DNA of 62,944 nucleotides, filler included, from Olpidium bornovanus S191 (Eukaryota; Fungi; Olpidiomycota): NCBI GenBank assembly GCA_017911155.1. It is 27 parts of 27 records of this genome, joined end to end, with 100 filler letters (N's around TTAATTAATTAA, not from the genome) between each part and the next. Parts side by side here need not be neighbours in the genome. Positions count along the whole stretch, not along the records: positions 47,188 to 48,998 come from JAEFCI010010921.1; positions 49,099 to 50,111 come from JAEFCI010002693.1; positions 50,212 to 52,093 come from JAEFCI010011736.1; positions 52,194 to 53,252 come from JAEFCI010000742.1; positions 53,353 to 55,011 come from JAEFCI010011355.1; positions 55,112 to 56,926 come from JAEFCI010010998.1; positions 57,027 to 58,817 come from JAEFCI010003254.1; positions 58,918 to 61,287 come from JAEFCI010012403.1; 19 more parts are not named here. One strand, 5' to 3'. Shown piece by piece: positions 48,760 to 60,622 of this stretch (position 1 is its first letter; each line of letters starts with the position of its first letter). The notes under the pieces were generated by a model. It saw only the letters and a program-made list of their open reading frames with translations, ran no database searches and was not told where the DNA came from. The position numbers and the translations under genes were made by a program.

Positions 48760-49098
48760 GCTGGCCCGCCCGGTGGGGCCCCGGGAAACGGGTAACACCT
48801 GCGTCGCGTTCGCGGTTTTTTTTGTGTTTTTTTTTTTTTTTTTTTTTGATTTTGTTTTTGGGATAGGGGGGGAGGGTGGGTTTTACCCTCCGTTCCGTCG
48901 GTTTGGACTGGGGACGCGCGCGGGGGGCGAGATCCGCGGCAAAATTTTTTTTTTTTGTTTTTTTGTTTTGTTTTTCCCGCGCACGGAACGAAGTCTGCNN
49001 NNNNNNNNNNNNNNNNNNNNNNNNNNNNNNNNNNNNNNNNNNTTAATTAATTAANNNNNNNNNNNNNNNNNNNNNNNNNNNNNNNNNNNNNNNNNNNN

Positions 49099-49551
49099 CC
49101 CGCTCGTTCGGTGATGTGCCCAGACAAGATGACCGTCGAGGAGTTTAGGAAGCGGTGGAAAGCGAACCTCGAAAAGTTGCGTGTCGCATTCCCCGCGGGC
49201 CGGCGTCAACTTGTTCATGTAGTGATCCAGACCATTTTCGCATCCCACGAGAACTTTTCACTTAAAGAGAGGCTCTCACGGGCAACTTCCGCCTGCTACA
49301 CACAAACAGGTAAATTTTCTCAACAATCTTACCTCTGAGGGTGCTCCTGGTGCCTAAATCCAAAGTCTCGTGCACCTCCCAGGATACATAAAACGAGAGC
49401 CAAACACTCCCTACGACCCCGTTTTTTGTCTGGATTTGGAAATTCTCAGTAAATGCTTCTCCGGACCCGAAAACGCACGTTTTTTTGTCTGCCGGGTTCG
49501 AAAACGCATGATTGCTGTCCGCCAAGACATTCAGTTAGAATCTTTCGAAAG
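49099..49551 (+). CDS. Three short exons of an unidentified protein
   Basis: MCPDKMTVEEFRKRWKANLEKL...CYTQT|GYIKREPNTPYDPVFCLDLEIL|NIQLESFERF with GT-AG boundaries in phase. Confidence 0.45.
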
Positions 49552-50211
49552 ATTCATGTGGGGTGGGGGGGGGGGGGGCCGAACGGCCGACGGTCGTTTT
49601 TTTTTTTCTTTTTGGAACCGGAATGTTGCGGAAATCGCGCCCGCGTCGAGGGGGGAAAAAAACAATCAAGAAAAACGGGTCGAACCGAACGCCGCCCTTT
49701 TTTTAGCCCCGCGCGCGGCCCCCGCCGAACGGGGGCAGGGGGCAGCGGATTTCTCAGGACGCAGAAGGTTCTCGAGCCAGCGGCGGGCGGGAAGTTCGAC
49801 GGGGATCGCCGGGCGCCCCGGGCACGAAACGAGCAGCGCGGGGGGACTCAATCAGTGTCCACACAGACCGCTCAACGCGGGCTCTCCCCTTTTCCGTCCG
49901 TCTCAAGTCGGTTGGTCCCACGCTTAGACACTTAAACACTTCCCAGGGCCTCACTTTCTGTTCCAACCCTGGCCTCGGGCGGGCAGGTCCCACCGTCGGC
50001 AAGCCCCGCCGGCCACCATCCGGCGTTGGGGCGTCGGGCTCCGCAAATGTGATCATGTGATGCGACAGGAAGAAGCTGCGCGCTCCGTGAACGGGGGGGG
50101 GGGGGGGGACGNNNNNNNNNNNNNNNNNNNNNNNNNNNNNNNNNNNNNNNNNNNNTTAATTAATTAANNNNNNNNNNNNNNNNNNNNNNNNNNNNNNNNN
50201 NNNNNNNNNNN

Positions 50212-51271
50212 CATGTATCCAGGTCGGCTTGGGTTGACCAGACCCCTAAGTGATCACAATAAGGAAAAGCTAAGTGGTCCGCCTTCAAGAATCCGGCTCG
50301 ATCACGGCGAAAACGCTCCCGTCCGTACCATATTGTCGCTAGACTCTCGTTCGGCAGTCGCGACCGTAGGAACAACATCTTTGCCTTTTCAGCTGGAAAA
50401 GGAAGCGGGCGGGCGGGAGAGAGGGACGCGGGGGAAACTTACTTAGTGATCACAGAACAAGCAGCTTGCAATCCAATTCCGCTAGAAAGGCTTTATCAGT
50501 TTACCATCAAGATAACCTTCGACACCGCCGCTGCTGGCAAACAGAGCTTCGAACTTGGCCCTCACTGCGGGCGTAATGCTAAAATCATTTTCTCCCGCCG
50601 CAAGTGCACTGATCGCAGAGTAGTCAGGCTTGCTAACAGGCTGTAAACGTGGTGCGGTGGTTGCAGAATAGTCTGGCTTGCTGACAGGCGGTGCACCTGG
50701 TACAGTGATCCCATCGAATACGGGGATTGGAGTTGCTACCAACGCGATATGGTCACCACGTCAGTAAATAAAGGAGCCTCGTTCCCCCTGTGTAAAATTT
50801 AAACCGATTGTTCTTCCGAGCAAAAGGGCGCTTCAGAGAAGCGCGTAGTTGCCCTTACCGACATGCAGATTTGCCAAGGACGGCGCTTTTCCCTGCTGGG
50901 CCGCGGCGACGAGTTTCATGGCAACAGCGAATTTGTGGGCCGTCAAGTACCCTTGTCCATCGGAGTCCGCGAGGCTCCAGATCTGCGTAGAATTTATTGA
51001 GCGTCGAAGGAAACAATTATTTCAACCAACCTTCCTTTGCTGCCCGGTTAGAGAGCCCAACAGACTTTGCTTTCGGCCGGTCGGAAAACCTTGAGGTGGA
51101 GCAGGGGGGGGAGACATACGGTGCCGAGCACGGGCTGGCTCAACTTCGCGCGGGACAGAAACGGTACCGCCTGCTGCCCCGAGACGATGCCGGCGCCTTC
51201 CGAGTCGGCGACGCTGAAGAAATGCCCGTAAGCGGTCTTCTCCTCCGGTGTCAGGGAATTGATGTTGAAAC
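50212..51271 (-). CDS. EDE1: EH-domain endocytic scaffold (Ede1/Eps15-like), N-terminal exons
   Basis: LTPEEKTAYGHFFSVADSEGAGIVSGQQAVPFLSRAKLSQPVLGT|IWSLADSDGQGYLTAHKFAVAMKLVA; second EH: ITPAVRAKFEALF...LFLRSRLPNESLATIW. Confidence 0.88.
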
Positions 51272-52193
51272 CTGACTTTCGCGTGCGCCCGGTGGGTAAG
51301 TAAGTCGAGCATCGAAGCGGCGTCCAACGACTTCTTTTTTACTGACCCGCCGCCAACCCGACGTCGTACGAGGAGGCGCCCGTGTGCTGCGGTTGCACCG
51401 AGCGCGGCGTCGTCGGCGACGGCGAGCGCACCGACGACGGGCGCCTTCTCGGCGCAGCCAGCGACGGCTGGCCGGGAGCGGCGGCAAACGCTTGGTCGAA
51501 AGCTGCGAAACGACAGGAAGGAGAAGATCGGCGAGTGGAGCGCCGGACGTGTGTGCGTGGGGTGAGTGAGAGGAGAAAAAACGGAAGATTTGCCGGGCCC
51601 ACCCCACACCGCACAACCAAACCGCCTGCCCCCGCTTTGCTGGCTACGCGCGCGGGAGCGGGTGGCGCATGTCGGCCGCAGGCGCATTAACGCACCGTCC
51701 ATTTTTCAGGCGGCTGCCGGCCCCGGGTGCCCTTGCTCCCGCCCCCTCCCCTCCCCAGCGTGGACGGCGGTTAAGACTTGCGGGGCGGGCGGAGGGCGTC
51801 GGCGTGTGCGCTGTGCGTGCGTGGGCGTGCGAGGGCGGGCGGGGGGGGGGAAACCGGGTGCGGTTGGCGCGGAAATAAAGGGAAGAAAAAAAAAAAAAAC
51901 ACACAACCGGAGAGTCCTCCCCAAGCTTGGATGTCACGTGGCCCAAACCGTCCGCAAAAACAACGAGTTGACCATGGTAAATTTGAAGTGTTCGATTTGA
52001 AATATATATACGGAGTATATGGATGGCTGTCGTGCCGAGCGCAGACTGATCGAACAGAATGAAGGCCAGACTGGCTGTAAAAATGTCAGGCAGNNNNNNN
52101 NNNNNNNNNNNNNNNNNNNNNNNNNNNNNNNNNNNNNTTAATTAATTAANNNNNNNNNNNNNNNNNNNNNNNNNNNNNNNNNNNNNNNNNNNN

Positions 52194-52780
52194 CCATGGT
52201 CGTGTCGTGCTAGAGGAGGGGGCCTGGTCTCCTTCACTGACTTGTCGCGGCGGAGAGGGTCTTCCTCCTCATCGCGATGACGATAATCACGATTGTGCTC
52301 CGTCTCCTCTGCCTGCCCCGCTTTCTTTCTGACCTCGCCTCTCCTCCCCTTTGCAGAATTCCTTCTTTGCTCCCGGTTGCGGAGGACAACCATGTTTGGA
52401 CTGCTTGCTGCCGCGATTTTTGTCTTGCTACCTTTGCTTTTGCTTGTCCTTTTCTTGGTGAAAGGCTTTGATCTGCGACATGCAGCCGTTTGTTGGCAAA
52501 CTACCATTTGGTAGTTTCTTGCAGCGATTGACGTTGAGTTTTCGGTAATTGAATCGCTTAGGGTGGCATCCTGATTTCCGAGGTCTGGGGCAGATTCTCC
52601 GAGAATCTCCCTTAATGCGTCGTACTCCCAAGCTTCTTCTAATTCCACGATGCGCACCATCAGGGCCTTGTGCGTGATGAGCTTCGAGTCTCTTTTCTTG
52701 GGCGTCGTTGGCGCTGTTTGCGCCGCGGCGCGTTCTTTATAGAACCCCGTAAAATATTGGATTCCAGCGTTGTGCGTGTG
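52194..52780 (-). CDS. Probable exon of an unidentified protein with a basic, low-complexity C-terminal part
   Basis: Open frame GIQYFTGFYKER...HKALMVRIVELEEAWEYDALREILG; no family recognised. Confidence 0.4.
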
Positions 52781-54255
52781 AGTGTGCTTGTCGCCCGCAT
52801 GGCTCGCGGATTTAATTTGTCGGTTCGTTCTTTGCTCTTTCTCGCTCTCTCTCCCTTTCACATTCTCTCTCTCTGCTTGGGGAACCTCCGCGCGCCGCCT
52901 TTTACCCCCCGGCTTCCCCCCCCCCCTCCCTCCTCTCGCCCCCGCCCTGCGCCGCACGGGGCGGAAAGCGCGCGGCGGCGCGGGCGAGAGAGCGAAGAAG
53001 GGGGCGGGGGGAGGAGGGGGGGATGCCGCAGGGAAGGGGGGCGAGGGTTCTTTTGGCGCGCGTGCACGAGCGGCGAAGCGGGGCGTGAGGGTTGTATGTC
53101 GAGAAGGACGGGCGGAGCGACGGAGCGTTTGCATGAGCAGTCGTCAATGGGATGTCAAAGAAACAGGGAACAGTAGCTTTGTCAGCAACAGAAATTAAAT
53201 ATCAAACCCTGTCTGGGCGCAACGAAAGCCTTATGGGTCAGAAGTTTCTTTANNNNNNNNNNNNNNNNNNNNNNNNNNNNNNNNNNNNNNNNNNNNTTAA
53301 TTAATTAANNNNNNNNNNNNNNNNNNNNNNNNNNNNNNNNNNNNNNNNNNNNACATGTAAGGATTGCAAACTATTGTACACCTGCGGCTTCGCAATGCCT
53401 CCGGGATGGAGGCAAAAAAAGCAAAAAACGGGACGCGTACGCTTCGGTACCGGGGAAGGGGATGACGAAGATGGAGGCGTGTCGAGGCAAAGTCCACGAA
53501 AAATTGGGACCAGTCCGGTCCGCGACTTGCGGTTGTGGCACGGACGTGACGACGCGCCGGGCAAGTCGAAAATCCCGAATGCCCCCTTTCCCGCGCTTTC
53601 TTGTTTTGTTTTGCTTTGTATTGTTTTGTTTTGTTCTTTAGAGAAAATCTTTGCAGGCTTAGCTTCCTCGCTAGATAATACACGCAAGACGCCAAAACAT
53701 CGACGGAACGGAGAAAAGAACGAAGATGCAGTGGGAAGCAGAGATACAACTTGCCGTTCCCGGAAGTATGCAGGCGCGAACGGGGGGGGGGGGGAGGGGG
53801 GGGGGGGGGAAGGGGAGGGCCCGGCCGCAGAAAGGAAAAGAGGGAAAGAACATCGTGCGAAGATGGACAGCGACAACACCAACGACAACGACGGCGACGG
53901 ACGGCGACAACTACGACAACAACAAACGTGACAAAAAAAAGAAAAAAAGGAGAAGAAGACTCCGCAGCGGGGACGGTGTGGTCCTGCGTGCGGAAAAATA
54001 CTCGACCGGCCCGGAAGAGGATATGCAAAGAGAGAAAGATCGTGGAAGGGGATGTGCCAACGTGCCGGAAGCTACGTACAAGAAAGAGGTTATCTGAGGA
54101 AAGCGGCTTTCTCTTTCCCTCTTGGAATTTGCGAACCATAGGTATCGCACCGTTGCCAGGACCTTATTTCACTTTTCCTTTTTTTTCCCTTATTTTTCCG
54201 GGGATCGCTCCGCGAAATTTGGACCGTCACGGGGGGAAGGGGGAAGGGGGAAGCC

Positions 54256-55011
54256 TTAGGCGGCCGCGACGGCCGGGGCGAAATTAGAGTCGGAGGATTC
54301 GACGACCTCCTTCTCCTTGTCCTCCTTGGGCTGGGTGACCTCGGCGGTCGCGGCATTCCCGCTGCGGCGGCAGACCTGGACAGGCATCCTGACATCGGGG
54401 ATACGCTCGTGCGCGCGCATCGCAAGGCCTTTCGCCCAGTGAATTGGGCGCTGCCAAAGGATCCAGACGCGTTGCGCAACGGCGATGCCCCCATGGACGG
54501 GGTACCGCCAGAAGGGTTCGACGCGCCGGGAGATGCCGTACCGCTCGTCCACGACGCGAACACGCTGCGAGCACGCGTCCGTCAGGGAACCCACGTTCTT
54601 GCACGTGGCGACAGTGAGGGCCGCAAGCTGCGACGCGAGAGAGCGCACGCGCTTCATGGCAACGCTTGCGTAGATCGAATTCTAGTTTTCAGGCCGGCAG
54701 TTAGACGGGGTGGAAATGAAATCGTATCCCGCGGCCACCGGGCGAAGCATGCCTATGCACCGCGACAGATACCTTCATCTTTGCAACTTCATCTTTGGCG
54801 GCTTCAGGAGCCCTGCCACGGAGGAACTCCGCCTTCTGGCCCAACCTGCGGGCGATCCGCCGCTTCACGTCCAGCACGAGATTAACGACGCGCATGACAT
54901 TACCGTCTGTAGACGTGTGGCACCCATTTGTGACAACGGTGCTGTCGACCTTCACCGTCTTCTCCGGCTCCGGGAGGAGCCTGTCCACGACAGCTTCTAC
55001 GTTCCCCAAGA
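54256..55011 (-). CDS. Perilipin-like protein, copy 2 (C-terminal exons)
   Basis: GNVEAVVDRLLPE...VMRVVNLVLDVKRRIARRL matches copy 1 LERMVDKYLPE...VKRAVYLGVDVHRRLVRKV. Confidence 0.6.
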
Positions 55012-55111
55012 NNNNNNNNNNNNNNNNNNNNNNNNNNNNNNNNNNNNNNNNNNNNTTAATTAATTAANNNNNNNNNNNNNNNNNNNNNNNNNNNNNNNNN
55101 NNNNNNNNNNN

Positions 55112-56833
55112 CATGCTCGAGGACCCCACCTGCTCCGACGCGGTCTTGTGGGCGAAGGGGCGCGACAAGTTCGTCATACGCGATCCGAACGTCTTCGCCA
55201 AACACGTCCTCCCCCGGCACTTCAAACACAACAACTTCGCGTCCTTTGTCAGGCAGCTTAACAAGTACGACTTCCACAAGGCCAAGGTCGACCCGGAGGA
55301 CGCCAGGGCCCTGGGCGAGAACGCGTGCTCGTTCAGCCACACGAACTTCCACGCCGACAAGACCGACCTCCTCGTCAGGATCAAGAGGAAGGCTCCCAAC
55401 CGCGGTTGGGGTAAGGCGGGACTGGTGTGCGTCGTCGACCCGGCAGGTAAAATCTAGTGGGGTTGGGGGGTGGGGGGTTGGGGGAGTGGGTGGGGTTGTT
55501 CGGTACCACGCGCTGCGAAAGAGTTTGAGCTGTTGACTTGATGCCGTATGCGCAAATTCGAAATTTTTTTTTGTTTTGTCTGCTTTTCTTGGTTTTTTTT
55601 GGTTTAATTTTTTCGTTTTCGGTTTTTTCCGCTTTTGGTTTTTTCCGCTTTTGGTTTTTTGGTGTCTCTTTTGGGTTTTCTTTAGTTTTTCGGGGATGTT
55701 TTGGTTTATTTGGTGTTTTGTTTTTTAAGTTTTAAGTCGCGTCTCCCACGTCTGCTGTCCGCGTTTTGCCTGCGCATGACGGCTGTCTTTTTTAGAATAT
55801 TCGTCGTCGTACGGTCTCGTCTCCTTGATCGCGCCTGCTGACTTACCGTCGTCCTGCTACGTCAGGTTGTTCAAGAAACGCGATGGACCAAGCCACCGAT
55901 ACAGGCGCCACGAGTAGTCTGATAAGCTTGAACGCCAGACTGCAACAACAAGTAGAAGACGTAATGCGGCAACAATCGCAGCTTGCCAAGACGGTCGAGC
56001 TGCTTTCCCGAAATTACAACTTTGTGGTTAAAGAGCTGACCCGCTCGAAAGACCTGCTGGCCGCGCAGGACGAGGTGCTGCGGATGGCCAGATGCGTTTT
56101 CGCCAATGCGTCGGCTGATATTCGTACGTTTTGGAGTGTCAATTTTTTTTTGTTCGAGGGCGTCACCAGCTGGCCAATGGTGGCGGCTTACGCGGCGTAC
56201 GGTATTGTGCGTATATACCCGAATTTGACTGAGTGCACTTCTCCCCGTTTTGAACCCACGGGTCCGCCTCATTCGCCGCCAGGTCCCGCACTATCTACGG
56301 AGACTTGGCAAATGCTGCGGCCGGGATTGACAACGGCGCTGCATCAAAGCCGACGCTGTTCGCCGGAGTTGAATTTCCAACAAGCGAGCGAGGCGACGAT
56401 CGATGATTACGGAGCTGCCGGTGCCGCCGCGAGGTTCACGGCCGTGTCCTTCCCGCCGGTGGACGGTCCGCCGACGTCAACGAGCGACCCGGGAGGGGGC
56501 GCAGGAGATCGCGGCCTGTCGCTCGGCGGCGTCCTGAGATACGTTGGCGGCGGGGCTTTCGACGACGCTTCGACCCAGCCCAACACGCCGCTGCCGGGAA
56601 CCAGCTGCGAAGGAGTAGGCGAACCGGCATCCGCATCCGCCGTCGCGTGTTTGTGGTCGAACGCGGAGAAGCAGCCAAGGCCGATGCGCGTTCTGGTGGT
56701 GGACGACGACAGCGCCCAGCGTCAAATCAGCGGAAGACTCCTTAAAGTATTCGGGTGTACGTGCGACGTCGCGACGGACGGCATCGGGGCGGTGGACATG
56801 ATGGAGTGCGCCAAGTACGACATCGTGCTAATG
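55112..56833 (+). CDS. SKN7: SKN7/Prr1 response regulator (HSF DNA-binding domain, coiled coil, receiver); both ends truncated
   Basis: [29 protein letters not shown]; coiled coil [11 protein letters not shown]; VLVVDDD...[17 protein letters not shown]. Confidence 0.92.
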
Positions 56834-57026
56834 GTGAGGTTTCTTGCCAAAAGGCGCGTGGGGGGGGGGGGGGGGGGGGGGGAAGGGGGGCCCCGTTTTT
56901 TTTTTTAAAAAAAAAAAAAACCCCGCNNNNNNNNNNNNNNNNNNNNNNNNNNNNNNNNNNNNNNNNNNNNTTAATTAATTAANNNNNNNNNNNNNNNNNN
57001 NNNNNNNNNNNNNNNNNNNNNNNNNN

Positions 57027-57756
57027 GATTTCCTTTTTCTTCTTCCTTTTCTATTTTTTTTTTCCTTTCTAAAATTCTAAACGCGCTCTAATAGCGACGG
57101 GTCGCGGGCGATGAAGAATGAGGGAAACGGAAAAAATAGTAGTCAAATCAAAAAGGAAAAGAAGAGAAGAGAAAAGAGAAAAATACGTCTCGGATGCCGA
57201 TGCCAGGTGGCAAACGCCGTGAAATGCGGGGGACTCGGGGGAGCGGTAGGAAACCGGGCAGCGGAAGGGCGGAGACGGCTTCTTAAACAAGACGGCCGGC
57301 CGGCCGGCCGGCGGGGCCCGGCGGGGGGGGCGGGCGAGCGGAATTGCGGGGCGGAGACGGGCTGGGGTGTGGGCGGTTGGGCGGGCGGTTGGGCAGGCGG
57401 ATGGGTGGGTCGAACACGTGGCCGCGCGGGCGGTGACGGGGGGGAGGGCCCGCGCCCGCCCCGGCCGCGCGGCCCGCCCTTTCTCACCCATCGCCCCCAT
57501 TTTCCCCATCTTCCCCTTTCTTCCCCCCCCTTTCTTACCCCGTGGTTTCCGCACGAGGGGGCCCTCTCTCCCCGTCTCGTTTGGCAAGAAGGAATCGGGG
57601 TGGGGTGGGGGGGGGGGGCCGCGTGCGCGCGTGTGCACGCGGGGGGATAAGGGGGAGCGGTGCGGGGGCGCGGGTTTTTGGGTGTCAGGAGATAATTTTT
57701 TTTTTGTTTTTGTTTTTGTTTTTGTTTCCCGCTGCCCTTCCGACGTGTTTCGGGGG

Positions 57757-57787
<31 letters not shown>

Positions 57788-57813
57788 CGGGGGGGGGCCG
57801 GGGGGGGGGGGGG

Positions 57814-57848
<35 letters not shown>

Positions 57849-58505
57849 AGAAGGAAGGGGGGAGGGGGAGTTCGTTCCGCGTCCGCCATTCACCCCGCTC
57901 CTCTCTGTCCTTCTCTCCTTCTCTCCCGGCGCGCGCACGCGTGCCCGCGGGGCGGGGAAGGGGCGGGGGGGGGGGGGAGGAAACGCGGGGGCGGGCCCGC
58001 GTGGGGGGGGGGGTGGGGGCGCAGGGGGGGAAAAAAAAAAAAAAAAAAAAAAAAAAACGAGGAAATCTGGGAACGAGGAGACCGGTCGGTAAACTGAACG
58101 ACGAGGAGACCCGTCGTTCTGTTTCAAGGAAATTTTTTTCTCTCCGCTCGAGAGACCGGGGGAGAGAGCGAAAGGGAGGATGGGGGGTGCGGAGGAAAAA
58201 AAGAGAGAGAGAGAGAGGGATTGAGAGATTGAGAGAGAGAGAGAGAGCGAGAGAGAGAGAGACAGTCCCTGCGCAACGCCCCTGTCGATTCTTTTCTCTT
58301 TTCTCTTTTCTCTTTTCTCTTTTCTCTTTTCTCTTTTCTCTTTTCTCTTTTTGCCTGACTGTCTGCGCTCTCGCATCATCTCTCTCCGTCTTCCACTCTT
58401 TACCCTCGACGACGAGGAAGGCGGGGTGCGGGGGACGAGACGAGGGAGCAGAGAGAGGAGGAGCGAGAGAAAGTGAGAGGGAGGGAGGGAGGGAGACGAG
58501 GAGAA

Positions 58506-58536
<31 letters not shown>

Positions 58537-58817
58537 ACGAGCACAGAGTGAAGAAGACGAAGAACAAGAAAAAGAAGAAAGTTTCGCTTCTCCTCCCTCC
58601 TCCTCGTACGAGCGCGCGGCAAGTGTCGCCGGTTGGAAGGGTGGGGTGTGGCGGGGGTGTGGGGGAAAGGGGAATAGGGGGGGGGGGGTTCGGGCTCCTG
58701 GGAAAAAAACCCCCCAGTTTTTCCGCAGTAGACACGGCCGCCGAGGGAGGGCGACGGAGCCACGAGAGCCAACGCCGCCCTTCCCGCCGGACCGCCCCTC
58801 CGGCGCACTCCCCCCCC
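57027..58817. repeat. Contig with no recognisable gene, made of G-runs, (GA)n and (TTTTCTC)n
   Basis: Near-pure G at 57751-57846, (GA)n at 58201-58262, heptamer TTTTCTC array at about 58291-58352. Confidence 0.8.
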
Positions 58818-58928
58818 NNNNNNNNNNNNNNNNNNNNNNNNNNNNNNNNNNNNNNNNNNNNTTAATTAATTAANNNNNNNNNNNNNNNNNNNNNNNNNNN
58901 NNNNNNNNNNNNNNNNNCATGCGGCACT

Positions 58929-60146
58929 TCAGATCCGGTCGTTCCGGCGCCGAGTCGGCGTGGGAGCCGCGAACTTACTAGCGGCGTCGCTAGCTTCAAA
59001 ATCTGAATCAGAGTCTCCTGTTGGTCTTTTCCGGACAGAGGCGCGACGCGGCTGCGCATCGCGTTGCGGTTGCTCCGGGCCCGGCTTTGGGTTCGCCTTC
59101 AGCTTCTTCGCCTGCTGTTTCCAGCGCATTGTCTGCTGCGGTTTCGTCCGCAGGTTGCGCCTGTTCGCAAGGTCCTCCGACGACTCGGATTCGGGCGACG
59201 GCACCTTCGCCCAAAGCCTGCGGAACAAGGCTTCGAACCGTTTGCCGCGCTCGTAAATCGGATCCCCGGGCTCGTTGTACGTGTAGCAGTTTTGCACGAT
59301 CAGGTTCATGTCTTCTTCAAACTGAGTGTGTGACTGGTACTCGCCGGCCGCCAGGTTCGCGCCGATTTTGGACACGTCCATGGGATTCTTGATCACGTCC
59401 AAATAGTCGGGACATCCCTGCACTTCGACGTTGACGGGCCACAAGAATGGCCACGCGAAAGCCTTGTGCTCGGACTTCCTGAGCTCCCGAAGAACGGTGG
59501 AACAGAACTTCAGGCGCTCGTCGGTCGGGGGGGTTCGCGGCGCCGCCTGTGTCTCGGCCGAAAACCGGCGGGGGGGGGGCGCGGGGGGTCGGATGGCTCT
59601 GCGCGGCCTGTTCCGCGCGATGCACCGGATATCGTTTTCGCCGTCGGAATCCAAACCGGCGCCGACGACGTCGGCTGGCCAGTCGTCCAAGGACCGCGGG
59701 AGCCGGAGCATCTGCGTCTCGAACAACGATTCGAGTCGGGACACCATGTCAGACTCTGTCGACTCTCGGCCAAAGACCCTGTAGTAAGAGCGGAAAATGA
59801 GCCGGACGTCCTCGGCGAAGCCTTCCGCGTCCATGTACTCCCCGTTGGTCATTCGCGAGTTCACCGTAGAGAGGCCCATGGCATGTTCGACGATGCGACT
59901 CCCGCAGTTCCCGTCTTGTTGTTCTGGAGCCGACGCGTGGAGGACTGGCCGTGCGTCCGCGTGGTCTACCATGGCTCTTATAAGGGAAGCGCAGAAGCCC
60001 CGCTGGTCCTCGGAAAAGATCGTGTTTCGGAAGACGGCCTCTCCAGGAGTTTGGGCTCGCACCGCAAAACACGGTGTCCGTGTGATCTTTACGGAGTGTA
60101 GATCAGCGGAAACGGAGGCGTGATACAAGAGGACGCGGTTATCCAA
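58929..60146 (-). CDS. Tandem-bromodomain (BET/Bdf-like) protein exon; probably splices out at the GTAAGT near 58978
   Basis: Canonical BD2: WPFLWPVN...PDYLDVIKNPMDVSKI...EDMNLIVQNCYTYNEPG; degenerate BD1 upstream. Confidence 0.85.
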   Translation of the reverse strand: MDNRVLLYHASVSADLHSVKITRTPCFAVRAQTPGEAVFRNTIFSEDQRGFCASLIRAMVDHADARPVLHASAPEQQDGNCGSRIVEHAMGLSTVNSRMTNGEYMDAEGFAEDVRLIFRSYYRVFGRESTESDMVSRLESLFETQMLRLPRSLDDWPADVVGAGLDSDGENDIRCIARNRPRRAIRPPAPPPRRFSAETQAAPRTPPTDERLKFCSTVLRELRKSEHKAFAWPFLWPVNVEVQGCPDYLDVIKNPMDVSKIGANLAAGEYQSHTQFEEDMNLIVQNCYTYNEPGDPIYERGKRFEALFRRLWAKVPSPESESSEDLANRRNLRTKPQQTMRWKQQAKKLKANPKPGPEQPQRDAQPRRASVRKRPTGDSDSDFEASDAASKFAAPTPTRRRNDRI

Positions 60147-60580
60147 GACAGGTTGGAAGGCGGTACGCGGTCAGAGGAGAGGCGACGCTGTGCTCCGCGC
60201 GCCGACAGCCCCCTGCCGAAAGTTGAACTTGCCGGAACCGCGTCGACGGCCGACGACAACGAGAGGGAATCCGGAGGGGGGCGGCAGGAGGGAGGCGATG
60301 GCGATGAACTCCGCGCGCCAGCAACCCCGCCGGAAGCCGAACTTGCCGGAACTGCATCGGCGGTCGTAGACGACGAGACGGGCTCTGGCGGGAAGGCGCG
60401 GAGGGGGAGGAAAGGGGAAGCACCTCGCGCGCCAACAACCGGGCCCGGCGAGACGCGCCCTGGAGCGCGGAGACGGAGGAAAGAAGGGAAGGAAGAAGCG
60501 CCGCGCGCGCCGACAAACCCGGCAAAACTCGGGCGCGCCGCCGGTTTACCCTCTTACGGGGGCGCCCCCGGAGGAATCGG

Positions 60581-60622
60581 CGCTCGCTGTGACCAGACGC
60601 TCGCTGTGACCAGACGCTCGCT
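60581..60622. repeat. 17-bp tandem duplication CGCTCGCTGTGACCAGA, about 2.5 copies
   Basis: Copies at 60581-60597 and 60598-60614, partial 60615-60622. Confidence 0.9.

Noticed and set aside
50700-50714. 15-nt inverted match to the LTR insertion junction at 31094-31108
   Set aside because: Lies inside an EDE1 exon; several 15-mer matches are expected by chance in a window this size.
16558-55011. The two perilipin pieces being halves of one broken gene
   Set aside because: Both contain the same D(K/R)xLPE region with different sequence.
57069-58873. 579-aa and 443-aa ORFs, and G-quadruplex arrays
   Set aside because: Translations are homopolymer-derived Pro/Gly/Arg strings; near-pure G runs probably reflect base-calling failure.
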